A DNA stretch of 31,927 nucleotides from Candidatus Heimdallarchaeota archaeon (GTDB lineage Archaea; Asgardarchaeota; Heimdallarchaeia; Heimdallarchaeales; Kariarchaeaceae), in contig WAKA01000222.1 in NCBI GenBank assembly GCA_015523565.1, forward strand, positions 1-31,927. Direction: 5' to 3'. Position numbers and translations under genes: made by a program. Within the stretch, counting starts at the first letter, position 1; every line of letters begins with the position of its first letter. The notes below the pieces were generated by a model. That model had not been told where the DNA came from, did not search any database, and saw only the letters and a program-made list of their open reading frames with translations. Positions 1 to 9,003 of this stretch are shown piece by piece.

Positions 1-150
1 ATTAAACATACGTATAATTTTTTCATCATTGATATTTTTCTATTTTTGGGATTACAATGATAAGGATTTTTGTGCATAAATATTTACAAAATAGGATTAT
101 CATTGTCTTCTTTCCAAAATGTTTTTTTCTTACCTTTTCAAAGGGGATGT

Positions 151-396
151 ATGCCAAAATGCCCTTATTGCAATTCAAAACTTAGAATAAAACTGTCTGC
201 ACAATATGTTGATGAAATTGATCCTTCTTTTTACAACCTTGCCGAAAGGCAACTCCAAATGATGCCTGCAATGCTTCGAGGGCTTCTGCAACAGGTTTCT
301 CAAGCAGTGTCCAATCGATCCATCCCTGTCTACATTCTTTCCTGTGCAAGCTGTGACACTTTTCTTGATCTGGAGTTCAAGATAAGGGACTCCTAA
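151..396 (+). CDS. Small zinc-ribbon-like protein (81 aa)
   Basis: ATG at 151 preceded by AAGGGGA; CPYC at the N-terminus and CASC near the C-terminus. The upstream GTG start at 70 only adds an AT-rich, unlikely extension. Confidence 0.7.
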   Translation: MPKCPYCNSKLRIKLSAQYVDEIDPSFYNLAERQLQMMPAMLRGLLQQVSQAVSNRSIPVYILSCASCDTFLDLEFKIRDS

Positions 397-436
397 CCAA
401 TAACAACATACAATAACTGAGGGGCAAAAGGAAAAT

Positions 437-1357
437 GTGGACTTCATTTGGTCTGCCCTGATTGCAGTATTTCTTTTTGCGACCACCTCTGTGATGACAA
501 AGTATCTGATTGCCATGGTGGGTGGACCTTATCGTTTTCTTGCCTATCAGTTGACTGTCGGGTTGACCATTATCTGGTCTGTTTTTTTCCTTTTTGATTC
601 GACGCCTATTGACCCGAATCTAGGGAATCCTGAAGTTGTCATGTCTCTTCTTCTTTCAAGCATTTTTGCGTTTGGTGGATTTGTATGCCTCATGATTGGA
701 TTTTCAAAGGGAAATGCCTCTGTGGGCGGCATTTTCATTGCGTCAAGACTGATTGTGAACATTCCGCTGGCATTTGTTTTCCTCGGTGAAAAATATCCTT
801 TCTTTGTCTATGTGCTTATCTTGGTTACTCTTTTCGGGGCAATTCTGGTCTCTTGGGACGGGGACTTGACTGTCAAGGAGGTTTTTCTTATGAAAGGAAA
901 GGGTGTGGCATGGTTTTTCTTGACTATGGTGCTTTGGGGACTTTCCAACTTCTTCATTGCAGATATCGGCAATCAATTGTCTGCTCTTGAATTTCTTGCC
1001 TATCGCCAAGTCTTTCTGTTAATTGCTGTTTGGTTGTTCTATCCCCTGATCAGTCCCAATGTGGATGGAAACTCCAAGGGAGTCTCCTTATCTTTTATAC
1101 GGCTTCTTTTGCTGTATATTGCCTTTACTGTTTCTGCACAATTGTTGTTCATTTCCAGCCTTTTGCAGAACCTTACAATCACCGAGGGCATTGGCGCAAT
1201 GGAGGGTGCCGCCACCTTTCTCATCAGCTTAGGGACGGCAAAACTTTTGGGGAATTCCGTTCTTAATGAGGTAATGGATAGGAGAACCCTTCTATTACGG
1301 ATTGCAGGGGTGGTTTTGAGTACTTTCGGTGTATTGGCAATTATATTTTTTCTGTGA
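437..1357 (+). CDS. DMT/EamA-family transporter
   Basis: 306 aa, ~10 hydrophobic helices in two repeats; EamA-type motifs 'KGNASVGG' and 'LAFVFLGEK'. Confidence 0.85.
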   Translation: MDFIWSALIAVFLFATTSVMTKYLIAMVGGPYRFLAYQLTVGLTIIWSVFFLFDSTPIDPNLGNPEVVMSLLLSSIFAFGGFVCLMIGFSKGNASVGGIFIASRLIVNIPLAFVFLGEKYPFFVYVLILVTLFGAILVSWDGDLTVKEVFLMKGKGVAWFFLTMVLWGLSNFFIADIGNQLSALEFLAYRQVFLLIAVWLFYPLISPNVDGNSKGVSLSFIRLLLLYIAFTVSAQLLFISSLLQNLTITEGIGAMEGAATFLISLGTAKLLGNSVLNEVMDRRTLLLRIAGVVLSTFGVLAIIFFL

Positions 1358-1375
1358 TTGTGCAATACATCCTTG

Positions 1376-1616
1376 GAAAGCATGTTCTTCTTCAATTTTT
1401 CATACAAATGAGTTGTCACCATTGTTGGTTGGCGCCCGGATTGTTGTGTAAAATCATATTACTTTTGGAATGCTTTCTTGGTATAATATGTGACGTGGAA
1501 AAGTTCTCATAAGCATTTATTTTTGGAAAATGCTTTCGTTTTCTAATACTTTCGGGGTGGTCTCACTCCGCCAATGGACAAAACGGTCGTAGGGACTTTT
1601 ATGCTTTCATTTTCTA
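1376..1616. promoter_or_regulatory. Repeated ATGCTTTC operator-like motifs upstream of the radA-like/polB2 operon
   Basis: ATGCTTTC at 1470, 1530 and 1601; reverse complement GAAAGCAT at 1376; near copy ATACTTTC at 1546; inverted repeat AAGCATTT-N9-AAATGCTT at 1511-1535. Confidence 0.45.
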
Positions 1617-1617
1617 G

Positions 1618-2325
1618 ATGGATATGATGCTGGTACCTGCAGCATTCCTTTCCAACAATGGGCTTCAAGTCAATCCAAGAACATTGCCCCGTCTTCATCG
1701 TCTTTTTGGTCATTGGTTGGTTGGAAGCATTCATTTTATCGAGAGCGAGGACATCAAGTCACTTAACAAAGTGATGCATTCCGTACTGTTGGATGCGTAT
1801 ACCAATGAATGGAAGATATCTGTCATTGATTCCGCTAATTCTTTTGATCCTTTCATCATCGACCATTATGCAGGGGATGATTTGGATACCTCTGATATTC
1901 TTGGTCAAATCCATTTGGCACGTCCATTTCAAGCTCTACAAACACTTTCATTGGTGCAGGATGTGTCAAGACATATCACAGGTCCCTTTCATCTGCTTCT
2001 TGCCCCTTCGTTCCCGTCGCTTTTCAGGCAGGCAATTGAAGAGGATGCTTATTCAGGTATTGAGGTTACACTGCTTCAATCAATCCGCCTCTTACAGCAG
2101 TTGGCAGTAAGAGGTGCCACAATCATCCTGACTGATACAATTGACGATGGCGCTTTTATACAACCCGTCTGCAAGGTTCATGTTCGCCAACGAAGGATTT
2201 CAAATGACACATGGCTTGATCAGTTGATTGCTCATCCTTTCCTTCCCCCCGTTGAATTCAAGTTTTCTGAGAATGGCGTCAAAAAGGTTCCATCACAACA
2301 GTTGACTCTTGATGATTTTTTCTGA
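1618..2325 (+). CDS. Inactive RecA/RadA-like protein associated with PolB2; C-terminal PIP box
   Basis: 'VIDSANSFDP' and 'IHLARPFQALQ' match the RadA-like proteins encoded next to archaeal polB2; no Walker A GxxxxGK[TS]; ends in QLTLDDFF. Confidence 0.75.
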   Translation: MDMMLVPAAFLSNNGLQVNPRTLPRLHRLFGHWLVGSIHFIESEDIKSLNKVMHSVLLDAYTNEWKISVIDSANSFDPFIIDHYAGDDLDTSDILGQIHLARPFQALQTLSLVQDVSRHITGPFHLLLAPSFPSLFRQAIEEDAYSGIEVTLLQSIRLLQQLAVRGATIILTDTIDDGAFIQPVCKVHVRQRRISNDTWLDQLIAHPFLPPVEFKFSENGVKKVPSQQLTLDDFF

Positions 2326-2338
2326 AAGGTGCTGTTTC

Positions 2339-4885
2339 ATGGAATTTGTCGGTTGGATTATGAACATTCATTTCCGCGGTCAGAAAACGCATTTGTGGCT
2401 CAAGGATGAAATGCAAACCGTCCATCATCTTGAACTCAATTATTACCCCATTTTCTATGTGGATGTCTCAAAGCATTCCAATGTCCGCTATCTTTTATCT
2501 CAAGCCCAGAAACACCCCTTTGTCAAACGGGTGGAACTAATGCATGCATTTGCTTCAAATGAGTCTTCCACTCCCTCACTTGTTTTGAAGATATATGTTG
2601 TTTCCCCTGAAAAGTTTGACACAACTGTCAAGTCATTCAAAAAACTAGGGTTGCCTCTTTACAACATTGATCTGCATCCCCGTGAGAAGTTCTTTCAGGA
2701 TACTGCTTCCTTTCCATTAGGGAAGTGCCGTATCAGTCATGAAGAGAATGGTGATTTTACAATCGAAATGATGGATGACTTCCGTAAGCCATTCTATGAC
2801 ATTATTCCCTTAAAAGTTGCCAAGATCCGCGTTCAGCCATTCAAAGCGCCAAATAGTGTCTTTCCAACTTTCAGGGACCCCATTGCGACGATAGACATCG
2901 ATCTGATAACCAACCATTGTCTTTTGGATACAAATCTAAATCCTATCCATCCTGTATCTCGCATTGATCTCTTTCCATGCAATCTCCTTGAAATTTTTCA
3001 TTTGAAGAGGGATTGGGATGTTCAATCCTACCGTATTCATGTCCTTCCGTCGTTGGTTCCTTTTTTCAAGTCACTTAATCTCCAAAACACTGTTGACTCG
3101 TTCTTGAATCGACCTATGCAGGTTTTTCAAACAATGATGGAGCTTATTATGGGCAATGGAGGCACACCTTCTTTTGACAAATGCTTTGATGAAGCTTCAG
3201 CTCTTCTCCTCCTGAATTTCTTGATGATGTACTTTGATCCCGATATTCTTGTAATTGTTGACGGTGATAGTTTTACCCTTCCCTATTTGCAGCATCGTGC
3301 AATATCGTTGGATATTCGTCTGGAGTTGGGGAGACTTCCATCACGAATTCCTTTGCACACTAAGTCGCAGTCCTATTTCAGTTATGGGCGTTTTTATCGC
3401 AAGAATATGCCTATATTTATTCCTGGAAGAATACACATTGATCAACGGAATTCGCACTTTTTCAATGATACGGGTTTCTATGGGGTGATTGAACTTAGCA
3501 GACTAGGTGGCATCCCTCCTGACCGATGTGCACGCAACTCAATTGGGACTGTCTTGACGGCAATTGAGCTGATGGTGGCCGCACGTTCCATTCCTCCTGT
3601 CCTGATCCCGAATGGCAAGGCAAAAAGTGAAAGGTTCAAGCCCAGTGAAACGATTTTGGCATCTGACAATGGTGGGATCACATATCCTGCACTTCCTGGA
3701 ATCTATGCAGATGTTTGGGGAATTGACTTTGTTTCCCTCTATCCATCAATAATGCTTAAGCATAATATCAGCTCCGAAACTGTTCTTTGTGAATGTTGCA
3801 AAGGTGATGGTGACATAGTCCCTGGTATTGGCTATCATGTCTGTATCCGTAGAAGGGGCATTGTTCCAATGACAATGCAATTGATTTTGGAAAAACGGTT
3901 GTTCTACAAATATTTGCAAAAATCATGTGTTGATGAGTACTTAAGGAGGAGATATCAAGGGATATCCAATTCCCTTAAGTGGGTTCTAGTCAGTTGTTTC
4001 GGGTATCTCGGTTTCAAAAATGCACGTTTTGGATCGATTGAAAGCCATCAGGCAGTGACAGCATATGCCCGAAAATATCTGGTCGATGCCCAGCACATTT
4101 GCAGACAATTTGGTTTCAAGGTTTTGGCAGGGCTGACAGATTCATTGTTCATTCAAGCAACAGAAAGTAAGTTCAATACGTTACAAAACATTTCACAAAT
4201 GGTTTTTGAAATTTCAAGACAAACGGGTTTTGCGATAAACGTTGATGGTCATTTCAAATGGATTGTTTTCACAAGCATCAAGGGTCATGCTTCCATATCT
4301 GCGTTAAATCGATACTTTGGTGCTTATGATGCTGGTATCAAGATCCGTGGTATACTTTCAAGACAGCATTCAACCCCTGAAATTGCAAGAAAACTGCAAT
4401 GGGATATGCTGGAATTTATGTCCGGACTGGCAACCCCCACAGAAATCATAAAAAGGATTGATCATCTTATCGACATTTTGGAAAAGTGGAAACGTAAGGT
4501 TCTTTCTTATCAAGTGAACCGCCATGATCTTGTTTTTAGGGTTCGATTGGGGAAATCTGCATCAGACTATGTTTCAAATACTGTACAGTCATATGCCGCA
4601 AAGAGGTATCTTTTGCATGGTCGTTCCCTTGGTGCAGGAGATACAATGCGTTTTATCATCAAGGACAATAGCCTCAGATCAATAGATCGAGTAATTCTTG
4701 AAGATGAATTGGATTCTTCAAGTCCGTATGATGCAGAATGGTATTCTGAATACTTGGATCGCGCCTTCTTGGATCTTATGGAAAACATTGTCTACCAATT
4801 CAATATCTGCTTGCCTTCTTGGCTTCATGATAACCTTTCAGATCCTCCTGCCCCTTCATTGGAAACCTTTCTGTCTATGTCATAA
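2339..4885 (+). CDS. polB2: Family B DNA polymerase, PolB2 (Dpo2-like) group
   Basis: Motif A 'IDFVSLYPSIM', motif B 'KWVLVSCFGYLG', motif C altered to 'AGLTDS' (canonical YGDTDS), degenerate ExoII 'DGDSFTLPYL', 'SETVLCECC' segment. ATG at 2339 follows an AGGTG RBS. Confidence 0.88.
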   Translation: MEFVGWIMNIHFRGQKTHLWLKDEMQTVHHLELNYYPIFYVDVSKHSNVRYLLSQAQKHPFVKRVELMHAFASNESSTPSLVLKIYVVSPEKFDTTVKSFKKLGLPLYNIDLHPREKFFQDTASFPLGKCRISHEENGDFTIEMMDDFRKPFYDIIPLKVAKIRVQPFKAPNSVFPTFRDPIATIDIDLITNHCLLDTNLNPIHPVSRIDLFPCNLLEIFHLKRDWDVQSYRIHVLPSLVPFFKSLNLQNTVDSFLNRPMQVFQTMMELIMGNGGTPSFDKCFDEASALLLLNFLMMYFDPDILVIVDGDSFTLPYLQHRAISLDIRLELGRLPSRIPLHTKSQSYFSYGRFYRKNMPIFIPGRIHIDQRNSHFFNDTGFYGVIELSRLGGIPPDRCARNSIGTVLTAIELMVAARSIPPVLIPNGKAKSERFKPSETILASDNGGITYPALPGIYADVWGIDFVSLYPSIMLKHNISSETVLCECCKGDGDIVPGIGYHVCIRRRGIVPMTMQLILEKRLFYKYLQKSCVDEYLRRRYQGISNSLKWVLVSCFGYLGFKNARFGSIESHQAVTAYARKYLVDAQHICRQFGFKVLAGLTDSLFIQATESKFNTLQNISQMVFEISRQTGFAINVDGHFKWIVFTSIKGHASISALNRYFGAYDAGIKIRGILSRQHSTPEIARKLQWDMLEFMSGLATPTEIIKRIDHLIDILEKWKRKVLSYQVNRHDLVFRVRLGKSASDYVSNTVQSYAAKRYLLHGRSLGAGDTMRFIIKDNSLRSIDRVILEDELDSSSPYDAEWYSEYLDRAFLDLMENIVYQFNICLPSWLHDNLSDPPAPSLETFLSMS

Positions 4886-4916
4886 CCTTTAATTGAAAAT
4901 GCATTTTATTCGGCAC

Positions 4917-5153
4917 ATGAGCGATTTGGATGGAGTGATAGATTACCCTGTCTTCAAGACAGTAATAAAGACCAATCCTGATGAATTTGACAAGGCAATG
5001 ACAGAGATGCTTCAAGACGGGTGGGAAATCGACAGCACATTCCATCATGTTTTATCTGGGGGTGATCAGATGTTTGTTGCCTATATGGTCAAAGAAATTG
5101 ATGATGTCTTCGAGGGGCTTGACATTATTGATGAAGATGAAGGAACCGACTAA
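4917..5153 (+). CDS. Small acidic protein, DUF1737/DUF4177-like
   Basis: 'EFDKAMTEMLQDGWEI...VAYMVKE' pattern and acidic tail; start chosen at ATG 4917 (ORF is open from 4893). Confidence 0.6.
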   Translation: MSDLDGVIDYPVFKTVIKTNPDEFDKAMTEMLQDGWEIDSTFHHVLSGGDQMFVAYMVKEIDDVFEGLDIIDEDEGTD

Positions 5154-5192
5154 TGTAATGGTTTAAATGCCTCTTTGCCCATGATCTTTTAG

Positions 5193-5654
5193 ATGTCCAA
5201 ACGACGAGTAGTAAAAACATACAGCAATACCCGTGCCAAAGGGGAAAAATACACGATTGAAGGCAATCGTTTTTTTGTAAAAGTAGAGCTTGTAAGCATC
5301 AAGGTCATAGAAGAAGCGGACAAGATTGGCAGGACTTCTGAAATTTACTTGGAATGTGGGAAGTCCCGTATGAAGGCTAACCGGATACCCACTTTTGGTG
5401 AAATCCATTTGGATCGGAACGAAGTTTTCAAGCCAAGAGGTGGCATTACCCTGTATACTGCGTTTATTGAAAAAGAAGGTGGTGGAACTGTTGAAATTCC
5501 ATTCAAGGTAAGGGAGCAGGATATTGGCAAAGACGACACCTTGGTGAACACTACCCTTTCTGTCAATTTGGGTCAATCCTTGGAATATTTGGCATTTGAG
5601 GAGAATGGTCTCAAGGTCAAGATTTCAGTTTCTGCAAACAAGACAAAATACTAG
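5193..5654 (+). CDS. Hypothetical beta-sandwich protein, C2-domain-like
   Basis: Alternating beta-strand pattern with C2-like motifs 'ADKIGRTSEIYL', 'RNEVF' and 'FKVREQDIGKDDTL'. Confidence 0.6.
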   Translation: MSKRRVVKTYSNTRAKGEKYTIEGNRFFVKVELVSIKVIEEADKIGRTSEIYLECGKSRMKANRIPTFGEIHLDRNEVFKPRGGITLYTAFIEKEGGGTVEIPFKVREQDIGKDDTLVNTTLSVNLGQSLEYLAFEENGLKVKISVSANKTKY

Positions 5655-6748
5655 TGTGGGCTCCATCCATCTGGTGGATAGCCTTCATTGATTATTCTTT
5701 CATAAATTGCGATCAACGTATCTGTGGTTTTACGGATATCATGTTGCTGAACGTCCTTGAACGCCTGTTCCACGAGTCTGTTTCGAGTCTTTTCATCCCT
5801 GAGCAATTTATCCATTGAAAAGACGAAACCTTGAATGTCTGCCGCCCTGAAACAATTAACATCATTGAACAGCCAGTCAAACACTTCAATGTCTCTTACC
5901 ACAATTGGTGTTTTTGTTGCCGCCGCTTCCAATGGTGGCAGTCCCTGCGTTTCCATGTGGGTTGTCACCAACAACAGGTCAATTGCAAAGAAGAATTCTT
6001 CAATATCTTCAACAAATCCCACAAGTTTCATATTTCCCGGAACCTTTCCCAAATATCTATTGAAAAAGAATCTGGGATAAATTGGCTGTGATTTGCCGAC
6101 CCAAATGAATTGATAATCTACTTTTTGTAATGCCACCTGCTTGAAATCTCTTGCCCCTTTTCTTGGGAAAAGGGATCCAATCCCTCCTATTAGGGGTTTG
6201 TCTGGATCAAAGCCATACTTAAGTGTGAATCTTTCTTTTGCCCTTTTTCTGTCTTCCAAAGATGGCACTTTGAACTGATCCATTGGAATGCCATTGCTGA
6301 CTGCTGTTGCTGGGGTTGTCACTCCTATTTCCCTTACACATTTTTTAGCAAACTCAGATACAGGCACCAAAAAAGGGGCAAGATTATAATAATATCTCAA
6401 ATATCTCCGCATGAATGGATCAATCAGTGAATATCCCAAAATTCCACCAACCATGTCCTGTGGAACAGAATGCACATGCACAACTGCTTTTGTCTTTTTC
6501 TTTGCTTTTTTCAGGAAGAATGAATTGAACCCGAAATGAATGTCAACAAGATCATATTGCTCAAGTGGTTTTTTGCCATTGTAGTCAACTTCCACACCTT
6601 TTTCCCTTAGGGTCTTCATTAGGCGTTTTGGAGCTAACTCAATCCCTCCAAGCTTTGCCTTCTTTCCTTCCTTTCCTGCACCAATAATATTGATTTTCAA
6701 CAATTCATCGTCTTGGCAGGGAATTAATAGGTAATGGTTTTGTTTCAT
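5651..6748 (-). CDS. GT4 glycosyltransferase, glycolipid-synthase (CpoA/Dgs)-like
   Basis: 'VHVHSVPQD...YYYNLA', 'VSNGI', 'RKG' and the GT4 EX7E motif 'ETQGLPPLEAAA'. The true start may lie ~15 codons downstream. Confidence 0.85.
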   Translation of the reverse strand: MKQNHYLLIPCQDDELLKINIIGAGKEGKKAKLGGIELAPKRLMKTLREKGVEVDYNGKKPLEQYDLVDIHFGFNSFFLKKAKKKTKAVVHVHSVPQDMVGGILGYSLIDPFMRRYLRYYYNLAPFLVPVSEFAKKCVREIGVTTPATAVSNGIPMDQFKVPSLEDRKRAKERFTLKYGFDPDKPLIGGIGSLFPRKGARDFKQVALQKVDYQFIWVGKSQPIYPRFFFNRYLGKVPGNMKLVGFVEDIEEFFFAIDLLLVTTHMETQGLPPLEAAATKTPIVVRDIEVFDWLFNDVNCFRAADIQGFVFSMDKLLRDEKTRNRLVEQAFKDVQQHDIRKTTDTLIAIYERIINEGYPPDGWSPH

Positions 6749-7680
6749 TCATTTTCCCAGAGTCCAAGGTTTACGAGATCTTCTTTCGGTTCCATAAAAC
6801 TACAAGAGCCAAAGGAATGAAATGTCTCTTTTCTTCCCTTTTCAATCTGCTGTAAATCGATAAATGCATCATTCCATCCAATTCGCTCTTCTTCAAAGAC
6901 AAAAGCCTCAATACTCTCTTCTTTCAATATTGCTTCTATATTGTCTACATGTGCGATGGATGCAAAAATGACATTGAGAAATCCATGCATGTAAGTTCCC
7001 AATTCTTCTGAATAATTCCTGAATGGATGATGGAGTCCTGCAGTGGCTTTGAACAGAATATCTGAATCCTTGCACTTACGGATGAACGTTGCCACGTCTT
7101 CAATGGATGGTATTTGCTGTGCCTCTGTTCCTCCCGTCCTTATTTTCATTCCAATTCCATGGATTTTTGATAATTCTTGGACAAGATTTTCAAGTGCCGC
7201 TTGCCAATCCTGTACAAAATGATTTTCAAGGAAAAGATTTGAAATTACATTTTGATCCTTGAATATATTTTTCACTTCACCAACGAATTCATTTGCGTTT
7301 TTTGTTTCATAAAATGAATGTGGGATCTTCACTTCTGCTATTGGGAAAGAAAAGTTCGCATCAGAGATCTTTTGTTCAAGCAAAATCAGATCCTCTTCTA
7401 GGTTCTCATAAAATGATTTCTCGTCATTTCCCCCTCTAAGAAGAATCGAAAGCTCGATTGGATTGTCAAACTCGTCAAAACGCAGATGATATGGCTCCAA
7501 TTCATCCAGCTTTCCAATTGGGATGACCAATTTTCCGATCATCCAATTGTCCTCACTTTCCATATATTCCAAATAATTGGAAACGGTCTGCCCCAAAGGA
7601 AGTTTCGCAGGGGGAAACAATCCTGCATAATCAAGCACATGGAGCAACAACTGTTTCAGTGATTTTTTCACAGACCTCAA
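6745..7680 (-). CDS. Conserved hypothetical protein (DYAGLFPPA / KATAGLHHP / SFGSCSF family)
   Basis: Motifs 'DYAGLFPPA', 'KIRTGG', 'FKATAGLHHP', 'HGFLN' and 'SFGSCSF' of an uncharacterised, mainly bacterial, enzyme-like family. Confidence 0.75.
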   Translation of the reverse strand: MRSVKKSLKQLLLHVLDYAGLFPPAKLPLGQTVSNYLEYMESEDNWMIGKLVIPIGKLDELEPYHLRFDEFDNPIELSILLRGGNDEKSFYENLEEDLILLEQKISDANFSFPIAEVKIPHSFYETKNANEFVGEVKNIFKDQNVISNLFLENHFVQDWQAALENLVQELSKIHGIGMKIRTGGTEAQQIPSIEDVATFIRKCKDSDILFKATAGLHHPFRNYSEELGTYMHGFLNVIFASIAHVDNIEAILKEESIEAFVFEEERIGWNDAFIDLQQIEKGRKETFHSFGSCSFMEPKEDLVNLGLWENE

Positions 7681-7743
7681 ATTATGGCTTTGTGTTTAAG
7701 TCTTTTGGGCAAACTTTGTATTCATTCAAAAAAATATAGCAAT

Positions 7744-8868
7744 TTAACTTGTTTCCTGATAGTTGATTGTATTTGACAGGATGACATCCTCTCTGACATT
7801 CACTGCCAAATTCCTGCCTTTTGGAACCTCAATGTATCCATTTTCATCAACCTTGACAGGCGGATCAATTATGTCTTGCGTAAAATATCTGTCTGATCCT
7901 GATGTGTCTCCTGGAATTGTAAATTCGTCTTTTGCTTGGATGAAAATGTTGTGCATCCTTCCAATACCCATTTCCAGCATTCCTCCAAGCCAAACCTTGT
8001 CCTTGCCCAATTTCTCGGCGATTTGCTTTGCTTTATGGTAACCACCAACTCTTGCAGGTTTAATATTGATGATTTTTGCACATTCATATTCTATTGCCTG
8101 AATTGCATGGCTGACTGTATGGATTGATTCATCAAGGCAAATGGGGGTCGAAATTTCCGCCTGCAGTTTTTTGTGATCCAGCATATCATCATATGCCAAA
8201 GGCTGTTCAATCATCATGAGATCAAATCTATCCATTCTCTTGAAAATGTCAATGTGTTCCTTTTTCAAAGAATAGGCGGAATTTGCATCTACCATCAGTT
8301 TAATGTCCCCATATTCCTTTCTAATCGCCTGAACAACGTCGAAATCCCATCCAGGTTTAATTTTAATTTTTATCCTCTGGTACCCTTTTTCCAAAAATTT
8401 GCCGATGCGTTCCAATAATGCATCAAGTGAAGGTTGAATTCCAATAGAAACTCCTGTCGGAATTTTTGTCTTGGTCGCGCCATACAATTCCCCTACACTT
8501 TTATTTTCACGTTGGGCCTTCAAGCTCCAATAAGCTGATTCAATCCCTGTTTTTGCAAAATTATGCCCCCTGATCGGTGCAAATGCCTTATCAATATCTT
8601 CAATCGTGGGAAACCCATTTTCAAAAAGCTTCAAGAATGCTGGGATGAGGTATTTTTCTTGAATAGTCCAAGTTGTATCCATTGTTTCATATGCATATCC
8701 TGGGAATGGGTCTGCAACAGTCTCTCCCCATCCAACATTTTCATCTGCATCAATGAGCTTGATAATGATTGCGAATTTCTTGTCTTGTACGCCAAAACTA
8801 GTCTGAAAGGGATGAACAAGTGGAAGGCTGATAAGTGACTGGGAGATCTTCACTGGTGTATTGTCCAT
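7744..8868 (-). CDS. menC: o-succinylbenzoate synthase / N-succinylamino acid racemase (NSAR/OSBS, enolase superfamily)
   Basis: 'PFQTSFG', KxK 'KIKIKPG', metal ligands 'DAN', 'EQP' and 'DES', second Lys in 'INIKP', 'PGDTSGSDRYF'. Confidence 0.9.
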   Translation of the reverse strand: MDNTPVKISQSLISLPLVHPFQTSFGVQDKKFAIIIKLIDADENVGWGETVADPFPGYAYETMDTTWTIQEKYLIPAFLKLFENGFPTIEDIDKAFAPIRGHNFAKTGIESAYWSLKAQRENKSVGELYGATKTKIPTGVSIGIQPSLDALLERIGKFLEKGYQRIKIKIKPGWDFDVVQAIRKEYGDIKLMVDANSAYSLKKEHIDIFKRMDRFDLMMIEQPLAYDDMLDHKKLQAEISTPICLDESIHTVSHAIQAIEYECAKIINIKPARVGGYHKAKQIAEKLGKDKVWLGGMLEMGIGRMHNIFIQAKDEFTIPGDTSGSDRYFTQDIIDPPVKVDENGYIEVPKGRNLAVNVREDVILSNTINYQETS

Positions 8869-9003
8869 AGGTCAAGGGGAAAAATACCACTACTTCAATA
8901 TTGCTTCTTCTGTAATTGTGAATTTGCATCCGTTTTCAGATATTTGGATTTTTTCAATTCTTGATTCCTCTATTTTTTTATAATTCAATTCTATTCTGGA
9001 AAC

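Noticed and set aside
2339-4885. PolB as a marker of a casposon, provirus or pipolin
   Set aside because: Motifs are of the cellular PolB2 type; no Cas1, integrase, capsid genes or terminal repeats are visible.
5163-5576. 137-aa minus-strand ORF
   Set aside because: Almost fully antisense to the better-supported C2-like gene and has no recognisable motifs.
7744-8868. Menaquinone biosynthesis cluster
   Set aside because: No other men genes are in the window; the GNAT context favours the racemase role.
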